This document shows positions 54,069 to 64,000 of a stretch of DNA of 64,000 nt, piece after piece. This stretch comes from Octopus sinensis (taxonomy: Eukaryota), in the NCBI RefSeq assembly GCF_006345805.1, contig NC_043004.1, positions 42,098,001 through 42,162,000 of the forward strand, given 5' to 3'. How positions within the stretch are numbered: position 1 is the first letter of the stretch; every line of letters starts with the position of its first letter. The notes below the pieces were generated by a model. The model did no database searches. It saw only the letters and a list, made by a program, of their open reading frames with translations, and was not told the origin of the DNA. A program made the translations under genes and the position numbers.

Positions 54069-54450
54069 AAGCACTACGTCGGTTACGACGATGAGGGTTC
54101 CGGTTGATCCGAATCAACGGAACAGCCTGCTCGTGAAATTAACGTGTAAGTGGCTGAGCACTCCACAGACACGTGCACCCTTAACGTAGTTCTCGGGGAT
54201 ATTCAGCGTGACACAGAGTGTGACAAGGCCGGTCCCTTGAAATACAGGCACAACAGATACAGTAAGTAAGAGTGAGAGAAAGTTGTGGCGAAAGAGTACA
54301 GCAGGGATCACCACCATCCCCTGCCAGAGCCTCGTGGAGCTTTTAGGTGTTTTCGCTCAATAAACACTCACAACGCCCGGTCTGGGAATCGAAACCGCGA
54401 TCCTACGACCGCGAGTCCGCTGCCCTAACCACTGGGCCATTGCGCCTCCA
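54069..54450 (-). mobile_element. tRNA-derived SINE, family B-related
   Basis: A box TGGCCCAGTGG and B box GGTTTCGATTCC. 54069-54248 is homologous to 4766-4943. Confidence 0.8.
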
Positions 54451-55045
54451 CATTTACATACAGTAGGGAATACAAATACAAGCACACACACACAAACAGT
54501 CAGACTGATAGTCACACATGCATGCAGTCAACTATTTTGGTTTGAATAAGTAGTTTTGCAGATATTTTTGCAAAAAGGAGCCCTACTCAAAGAGGATTAT
54601 AATCTGCTGCGTCTATCAAATGTACTGTGCATTTGGTCCCATGTGATGTTTTGTAAATTATGACTGGTGCATCTCGCATGCTGAGCGACCATGGCGAAAA
54701 TTCCCGTTGAATTCAATTCTTTTAGTAGTTGTTTCTACTCTCCGAACTGCCGTAATCGAGCAGATTACTGACTAAAAGTGTTTCATTTGAGGAATTCGTA
54801 ACTTAATTATCACATTTTTCACAAAGTGTTCATCATTTTTAAAAGACGATGCTGTCTGATTTTGGGATGTGTTGGCGCTACATTTAGCATGTTGAGTAAC
54901 CACGAAGAGTTTCTCTTGTGAGCTTGAAATATTAATTGTTAATTATTTGTTGCAAAATTTCTGTTTATGTTATTTATCTCCTATTTCTTATCAGCGATGT
55001 CACATGCATAAAAATTGTAATCGTAATTCGTACGCTTTTTTGCTG

Positions 55046-55081
<36 letters not shown>

Positions 55082-55928
55082 TATATGTGTGTGTATGTGT
55101 GTACCTGTGTGTGTGTACATCTATATATACACATACGTACTCGTACACACACATGCATATATATGATGTAAATCATTTGAAGAGTTATCTCGCTTGTCAA
55201 CGAAGATGATACGAACACAGCTCAGTCAAGTAACTTTCCTAATCACTATGATTAACTGCGTGGTATATGTCTCGTAATTCTATTAGAAATGCTGTTCGAG
55301 ATATATAATGTGTGGAGTGGAGTTGGCCTTCTCATTCAATGTAAGAGACAGGATTAATAAAGAACGCAACAGAAGGAATAATCGAATATAATCGTTAGAA
55401 ATACAGAAGTCGTAAACATTTCAGACTTGCTTCTTAAAATAAGTCGAAGAATTTCGTGACTTCATCATTATTTCACTACAGTTAATCTGCCACTTTACAA
55501 GAATTCATAATCCTATTATGAATTATATCTATTTAGGTTCTACATGGGAAGCCAACGTTTGCGGTATGCGTGTCTATGCGGTTTGAATATTTAATATGGA
55601 CGTTTGAGAGTAAATTTATTCATTGAAAATCGCATCTGATACTAGGAAAGAATAAAAAGGAGAGAGAAAAAGATGAGAAAGAATGAAAAGAATGGATGTA
55701 TTAGCAAAGCTCGTTATCACAGGGATCATCTTTTCGATATAAGCTACTTAAATACCTACATACATATCATGGCTTCATCTGCACTCTCTTGTCTGTAACT
55801 GACTACAAAATATACTTTCCTCTTTCTCTCTAGTTATCTTTCTGTCTCTGTCTCGCCTCAGCATATCTATCTGTCTCTCTTTATAAATATATGCGCGTGT
55901 GTATGTCTTTGTATGACTCTTTGTATAC

Positions 55929-55970
<42 letters not shown>

Positions 55971-57318
55971 ACACACACACACACACACTGACACACACAC
56001 ACACTGACACACACACACACACACACTCACATCATCTACTGACTGCAAACATAAATGAAATGCTACAAATCTGAGTGTTTCGCCATTAGTTGTTGAATGG
56101 TAATCCATTATACTGACTCCAGATGGATGAAAGACAAATGTGTATTCAATGAATTAGAATTTAGAATATAAAAGAAAACAATAATAAATACACAGAGTAT
56201 TGTGACCCCATCTTATATTTAATTATAGCGGGTTCATCCTTGTCCCAAAGCTTGCAATTAGAGGAGGACAGCGTTAGTAGATTACATGCAAAGTACTCAA
56301 CTAGTACATATTGGATCGATCTCGAAACTATGAAAGGTAAATTTAACCCTGTGGGATTTGAGCACAGATCGTAATAGCTCGGAACAAAGGGCATTTAGTA
56401 GGTTTTCTCGAAGGCCCTAAAGATTGAAACATCACAATGTCTTTTGTATTTATTAAGAACACTAGGAAAAGAAATGCAGTTTTCACTAACTTACAAAACA
56501 ACTCACTTCTTGCAGCTTTTTGAAAGGAAAAATAATTCCAGAAGAACGCAATACCATGAACCATAATTTCTGACCCAGGAGGATACCTAGGTTCTTTGCT
56601 ACTTTTATAACTGCTTATATATAAAGAAGAGATATATATTGCGTACATTCCTTATGTCTGCACAAACATAGATATACACACATATGAACATACCTACATA
56701 CATATGATAGATCGCTAGCCACTACACATTCTTTATTTTCTCTCCTTGTTTCTTTCTGTGTTCCTTTCTGTGGAAGAGCGTAGGCTCGAAACATTAAAGA
56801 CTTTTCCCTTCCCGAACGTTATACTAATACATCAGTTTGTTGTCTGCACCACCTGTTTTCGTCTTTTGTTTTTTTTTTTTGTGAATTCTCTACATATATA
56901 TTATCGGGCATGTATGTATGTGTGTGTACGTTTGTATGTATGTGTGTGTACGTGTGCGTATGTGTGTATATGCATATGCACGTGTGTATATGTGCGTGTG
57001 CGTACATGATTGTATATTTCAATGAAAACCGTTCAGATACTATTCATCATTCAGCAAAAGCACGTGTGCGAATCCAATGAGAGGGTAATTTAACATAGGT
57101 ACCCCACAACCAATTTCTAGTTTCATATAGCATTATTTAATAATCCATATGACGAACTTCAATATAACAAACTGGTTATGAACCTTAACCTAGTTAATAT
57201 GAAACAATATATTATATATATATAATTCGGCATACAAACTGACACACACACATGCACACATACACACACACGCACGCATTCACCAGTTGCGCCTAAAACG
57301 GGTGAGCGTATGGTCGGC

Positions 57319-57372
<54 letters not shown>

Positions 57373-57702
57373 TGTGTGTATGTGTGAGTGTGTGTGAGTG
57401 TGCGTGTGTGTATGTGTGTATGTGTGTGCGTAATGCAAAAAACACCCTGCAGACTGCGATAATCCATAAAGTAAAGAACATTATTTCAAATTTTATTCTT
57501 CCTGTGTGGACCGGTAGCAAATGAGCCTTTGCCAGGTACTGGTCCACAGCCCGATTTTGGTGACACCTACTCGACATATAAAAGCATCTATTCGTTATGT
57601 TTATTTTCTTTGGGGTGAGCCTGGAAGTGTGAAAGAAGGTTATTTTATGCCTCGTTGCAGCTAACATCCATATTCGTATTATTCTTCCTTATATATATAA
57701 TA

Positions 57703-57876
57703 GGCGTAGGAGTGGCTGTGTAGTAAGTACCTAGTTTACAAACCACACGGTTCCGGGTTCAGTCCGACTGCGGGGCACCTTGGGCAAGTGTCTTCTACTA
57801 TAGCCTCGGGCCGACCAAAGCCTTGTGAGTGGATTTGGTTGACGGAAACTGAAAGTAGCCTGTCGTATATACGTAT

Positions 57877-57914
<38 letters not shown>

Positions 57915-58172
57915 GATATATATATATATGTAGGTGTGTGTATATGTTTGTGCGTCTGTGTTTGTACCTTCAACATCGCTTGACAACCGATGCTGGTGTC
58001 TTTACATCCCCGTAACTTAGCGGTTCGGCAAAAGAGACCGATAGAATAAGTACTAGGCTTACAAAGAATAAGTCCTGGGGTCGATTCGTTCGACTAAAGA
58101 CGGTGCTCCAGCATGGCCACAGTCAAATAACTGAAGCAAGCAAAAGAGTAAAGAGAGAGTAAAAGAGAGAGT
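57703..58172 (+). mobile_element. SINE family A (full length)
   Basis: Homologous to 1988-2390. Confidence 0.85.
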
Positions 58173-59418
58173 ATATGTTCATAGCAGTTTCTTTTCGGAA
58201 TTTTGGTCTAGTTGAGTCACATTGTGCCCGGGCCTGCTTGTTTCATGCAGATATCGAGGTTTCATCTATTACCATTTTGTTCACTCTTCTCTAATGCTAC
58301 TGTTCTGAGCAGGCTTGTTCACCAGTTGTGCCGTTTTTTTCGTATCAGCATCATATTTTGTAGCAAAATCTTTACCTTACTGCCAAGTTTTTAACAACTC
58401 CCTTACGCTTCTCTATTTTTCACAGAGATACCCCTTTACGTCAGTCTCTACATTAAATTTGTTACTGACAATTAAGTTAGGAAAGAATAGTTTTCTTCGT
58501 GCTATGTTTACCTTTTATCATTACTTTCTTTTGTAGTTCCATTGTAGATTTTAATATGTTTCCAGTTCTTGAAGATTACTTCTTCACCTATATTTCGTTT
58601 AATGTATTTCAAATGTTGTCATTACTTTACTTGTTTTCCAGCCATATTGCTAATTCACACGGCGAAAAATGAAATAATTATTTTTTAAACCTAATTTGCT
58701 ATAACTCCCTCAAGTGCATCTGTGTATTATCTCTAATAGTGTTTCCAGTTGTTAAATTTCTGCAACATATAAGATGAGGTTAACATGTGTAACAAATAGC
58801 TGATCATTTTCTCTGGTCATTCAATTTGTAATTGAGTTTGGTTTAGCATGTTGCTTAATGCCTCAACGCCTGAAGAAAATAAGATCTTTTGGAATATTCC
58901 CGTTCAAAAGGGCTGGCTTTCAGCTTTAGAATTTTGTCTTTATTTTTGTTTTTGTGCCTGTGGAATTCGTCGGTAATGATTAAGGATATGTTCTATGTAT
59001 ATGATTGATATATCTGGCATCTTGCTTGTATCTAATATTTTCGGATAAATGAGAGGAGAACAATGTCAAAATCGTTCGGCTATATGTTGTGACTCAGATT
59101 AATCTAGCTCTTTCAGTTTGGTGATCAATAGCTCAATGATTTTGTTGAAGAGTGGTGAGCTGTGAGGCTGATATTATGCCAGCACAAAACACTTCTTGAC
59201 ATTCACTTACATACCATTACTTTGCGAATGAAAACTTCGTTTGCATTAAATATTGGTCCCGGTAAAATAGAATTCAGGTTTTGCAGAAGACACCCAATTT
59301 GTTATGTTGCCCATTATTTTACGAAGAAGTTGATCATCCGTACACATTCAGTTAAACAATACTCTATGGCCGTTTTCTAGCTGTGGAAGGTAACATTTAA
59401 TCCAAAAATTCATATATA

Positions 59419-59827
59419 GGCGCAGGAGTGGCTGTGTGGTAAGTAGCTTGTTTACCAACCACATGGTTCCGGGTTCAGTCCCACTGCGGGGCATCTTGGG
59501 CAAGTGTCTTCTACTATAGCCTAGGGCCGACCAAAGTCTTGTGAGTGGATTTGGTAGACGGAAACTGAAAGAAGCCCGTCGTATATATGTATGTATACGT
59601 ACGTGTGTGTATGTGTTTGTGTGTCTGTATTTGTACCCACATCATCGCTCGACAACCGATGCTGGTGTGTTTATGTCCCCGTCAGTTAGCGGTTCGGCAA
59701 AAGAGACTGATAGAATAAGTACCAGGCTTACAAAGAATAAGTCCCGGAATCGAGTTGCTCGACTAAAGACGGTGCTGCAGCATGGCTGCGGTCAAATGAC
59801 TGAAACAAGTAAAAAGAGAGTAAGAGT
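59419..59827 (+). mobile_element. SINE family A (full length)
   Basis: Homologous to 1988-2390. Confidence 0.85.
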
Positions 59828-60381
59828 ATATGTTCTCTATGATGAGAAGTGAGTTAAACGTTGATCTTTCTATCTTTGGCTAAAACATTGCATGTTCATT
59901 TTACTGATGGCTTCATCTGATTATAATCAGATTTGGGAGAACAAATTTATAGAAAGCGCAATGACAAAGAGAACGTCATATGACCTGGAGAGGGTGCTTC
60001 GTTGTGTACACAAGTAAATAATAAAGTACAAAAACAGAAGACATTCATCTCTGGATACAGAGATGAATTATTTGTGAAATTTTCCGAGTGTTACAATATT
60101 ATTGAATGAGAGATTACACGAGTTACGGTTGTTATGGTAAATACATGTAGTGTTATCATATTTCTGACATACTTTCAATTTGTACAAATTCATCGAGCGT
60201 AAGTTTTGCTTATCGTTATTATTACAAAGAATTTCAAAAGAAGTTTGGCAAAGTCTTAGATCTGGAATATGTTATAATGTGCATATAGATACATAGATAC
60301 ATTCATAGATACATAGATACATAGATACATACATATATATACATACATACATACATATACATACATATATATATATATATA

Positions 60382-60435
<54 letters not shown>

Positions 60436-61275
60436 AATTATATTCATGTATGCATAAAAACATAAATATATAATTATATATTGTTCTATGCAAAGAAAAT
60501 TGGTATAATCCAATATTAATTTTAGCAGAGCGCTTATTGATATAAAATTCGATTTAAAGCCGTGGCAAATATTACAATTAAATTCCGTCTTGTTCTTGTA
60601 AAATTGAATTTCGCACTCCTGGCCGTGCATATAAATATATATATAGGTTCATGGGGGTGGGTGTGTTCGTATGTGCGTTTATGTGAGTTTACACTACGTA
60701 CGAACGTATATACGTATGCATGTATGGAGAATTACATACATACATACATGGGTATGAATCGATCTATATATATATATATATATATATATCTAGATGCGTA
60801 CCCACCACACATTTTCACTCAATCATGTGCACACATGCACACGCTTACACAACACATACATATATACACAAATATATATATGAGTGTTTGCCTCTGTGTG
60901 TGAGTGTGTCTGGGTGTATATGTGCCTGAGTGCGTGTCCGTATTTATATGTATTTGTGTAAACTTTACTTACTAAACGTATGAAATACTTGTAATATATG
61001 AAATACTTGCAACAGACAAATTTCTTTACACACAGATTCCGATAATTTTTTTATACGTCATATGCATAGAGGAAAACTATTCAAAAAAATCACACATTTA
61101 TGCTCACATACGTTGTCTTACATAATAGGCGCAGCGTTCAGCAATATTTTCTTATAAAATGTTTAAGAAATAATTTTGAATATTTTTTAACATCAGCAAT
61201 ATGCACAAGAAAAGAATTAAAACTTCAAATATAATTCGTGAAATATTACATGTATAAAAATCGTAACGTGATAGT

Positions 61276-61580
61276 TTCTTCTTCTTCTTCTTCTTCTTCT
61301 TCTTCTTCTTCTTCTTCTTCTTCTTCTTCTTCTTCGCCTACTTTATTCTCCTCTTCCTTTACTTCTACTTCTTTCCCTTCTTCTTCCCTTTCTTCTTCTT
61401 TTTCTTGTTCTTCTCCTCCTCCTCCTCCTCCTCCTCCTCCTCCTTCTTCTTCGTCTACTCCATTCTCCTTTTCCTCCTCCTCTTCCTCTACTTCGACTTC
61501 GTCTTCTTCTTCTTCTTCTTCTTCTTCTTCTTCTTCTTCTTCTTCTTCTTCTTCTTCTTCTTCTTCTTCTCCTCCTTCTT
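61276..61580. repeat. (TTC)n/(CCT)n polypyrimidine microsatellite
   Basis: Direct inspection. Confidence 0.95.
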
Positions 61581-64000
61581 CAGGAGCAACAATTAAAGAA
61601 AATGTCTGTTCCTTTTCAAAGAGAAAAACGTAAAAATTACAGTTCTTCTGGAGGGAAAACAAAGAAGTCCCCGAATAGATTCAAATGTTCTCTTTGAGAG
61701 ACAGGATATTTGTTGTTCTCTCAGAGTTCCTAGAAGCGTACACTCTACGACATATACTTTGTGGCATTTTGGAAACCGACGACGAGAAAAGCAACACAGT
61801 TCAACATGGAGAAAATACTTGGGAGGGATATGAAGTGGTATTCAGTCCACCACTCGAACCAGGCGATGGATAAGTGGGAATGAGATTTCTCTGAAATGTT
61901 TTGATATAGAAGCATTCAATTCACTCGTGCAGACATAAGGAATTTACACCTATTCCGAAATATATCAACTGGCAAAAAATGTTGTTTGATAGGATGCCAG
62001 AAATAAATATACGCTGGGTGACAGTGTGCGTTGCTCTGCAGAGCGTAAACACATTCTTAGACATAAAATATCACTACTGAATACATAGTTCAAGAATGCA
62101 TTGGTCCAGATAAATACGGATATCAGGAAAAATTTACGGATCAAATAAATCGCTAAAATAACACATGGCAGATGTTATTTTAGCGAGTTATTAGATTCGC
62201 AAACATGCTGGGATGTCTTTCTTCAACAAAGGAAAGCAGAAAGTGAAACAGTACTGCTGCAAAATCCAATGTGTACATACAAGAACACAAGCAACACAGC
62301 AATAATAGAAACTGCAACAAACAAAGTAACAGCAGGATCAGAAGCCAAATTAAAGTCAACAGCAGCAAAAACATCCACAGTAACAGTAACAGCAACATAT
62401 TTCCACCTTAGCCAGAGAAACAACTCCTCTGCCACGATGTAACGTCCATCACAACTATGAACAAGCAACTCACTGAATATCCCCGAAAGCACAAACTTGC
62501 TCGTTTCCTATATGTAAATGTACCCGATTCGTCTCTCTTCTTTCTCGCGGACTATACAAACGAGCGTCAAGCCCAAGGTGAGACCATCGAAGGAGGTTGT
62601 TATTTGACCGAAAATACAAACAATAAAATGTCTCTCCAACACCATCGTGAAGCTAGAAAATTTACTAAATGTTTAACAGGAAGAACGAAACCCAAAATAT
62701 ATAGATTAACAACAGGAACACCAACAAAGTCAGCAGTCAGACGCACAAACCTAATATGGACTCATAAGCTTCATTATCGTTCGCATGAAGAGCAATGAGG
62801 CTTGCTGTGATTAAACATACATCAACTATTAGAAAGCGTCGACCTTTCTAGTGCCCTTAGACTCGTAAATTGTCCACTGGAATGTTCGGATAAGGGAAAG
62901 AGAAATCATTAAAATGTGTGTGTGAGTGTGCATGTGCGTGTGTATGTGTGTGTGCGCGCGTGTATGTGCGTGCGTGTGTTCACTGAACTGACCTAGGTGG
63001 ACATTTTTCACCTATTTGTAAGTCTATTACCTTATTTGCAAATTGTTAACGTTAGATTATACCCTGTATTAATTATATTTGTAATGTATTTAGTTGTTTT
63101 GTATAATTATTGCGGGTAATTTTAAAATGTTTAGCGTCTTCTGCTATATTGCACGATGACATTTTTCGTTCCTGTGTAATTATATATAATTTCGTATATA
63201 ATCTACTATATGAGAGTTTAAATAGAAGACCGAATAAGAGACGCGATTCTTGCAAGCTGAACCTGTAATGAGAAAACTAGTAAACTGGTTAAGCGGGAGT
63301 TAATTTGGGTAGTCGCGTACAAACGTAATTAAAGTGCCGTACTGTGTACAATTAAAAATCTCTGTAAGGTTTTGTAAAAGACTAGTAATAGAGAAAACAC
63401 AGTAAATATGCTTCAGCAAGGGAACAAATTTTTTTAAAGCTAATTTGGGAAGGAATCTTGACCAATACGATAACTAAGAATTTCTTCAACGCATGATACG
63501 TTGTCAAATGCAGTGGACACAGTTCAATACAGAATTCCAAGAATTTTACAAGATCGTAGCAAAAGTATGGTGAGTTGTAGGTTGTTCGTTTGACCAATCT
63601 GAATCCTTCTTTATTTTGATGATTGTTATCATGACAACCTGTACTTCATGCAATACATCTTTGAGTGGTGGTAAGAAAGAAATCTAGTGTTCTGGCCAAT
63701 TTGAATAAATCAAGAATGTTGGATCAAATTATAGCGTCCGTTCATTTACTACGCGTGAAAGGGACATGATCCATCTGCTGCCAACACTCACTGCGGGGAG
63801 GGGTAAGTGGTCGTAAGTGCTGATGTGCACTAATTCTATAGATAATATGGAACTTGAAGCATAATATTCAGACTAGAAACGAAACCAAAAGACAGACAAT
63901 TATGGTGCTTTCTACATCTGCTGAGAATTGTAAAAGAAGGACCCCACTAAACATAATACAAGTTTACTTTTTTGTAGACGGTATAAAAGCTCAGCCTTTA

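Noticed and set aside
54385-54450. tRNA gene
   Set aside because: It has A/B boxes but no acceptor stem, and runs into a SINE body. It is a SINE head.
61238-61662. Ser/Pro-rich and Glu-rich ORFs
   Set aside because: Translation of (TTC)n/(CCT)n microsatellite.
62180-62492. ORF with an apparent transmembrane segment
   Set aside because: The hydrophobicity comes from degenerate (CAG/CAA/AAC) repeats on the opposite strand. No domain recognised.
63470-63575. Candidate exon before a GTGAGT donor
   Set aside because: Upstream stops in all frames near the plausible acceptors, and no recognisable protein.

Overview
AT-rich, microsatellite-dense eukaryotic DNA with no protein-coding host gene that I can support. 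The SINE families and simple-repeat load look like an Octopus (coleoid cephalopod) genome; this comes from recognition, not a database search. Almost all listed ORFs are translations of (TA)n, (CA)n, (TATG)n, (GAT)n or (AAT)n. Identifiable elements: (i) two decayed R4/Dong-clade RLE non-LTR retrotransposons plus three 3'-end fragments clustered in (TAA)n arrays at 6.9-16 kb; (ii) three tRNA-derived SINE families; (iii) a truncated Tc1; (iv) two copies of a ~440-bp MITE with 28-bp TIRs, 8-bp TSDs and internal telomere-type CCCTAA repeats; (v) a Penelope-like GIY-YIG C-terminal fragment. The main hidden signal is three unrelated families of Penelope-type repeats, each abutting (TA)n and each carrying a type I hammerhead ribozyme. 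These are a ~485-bp tandem array with one hammerhead per unit (retrozyme-like, predicting a ~480-nt self-cleaved and possibly circular RNA), a minimal hammerhead with a U3:A8 core swap, and a pair of hammerheads on opposite strands of a ~165-bp inverted repeat. The ribozyme folds were worked out by hand and are untested.
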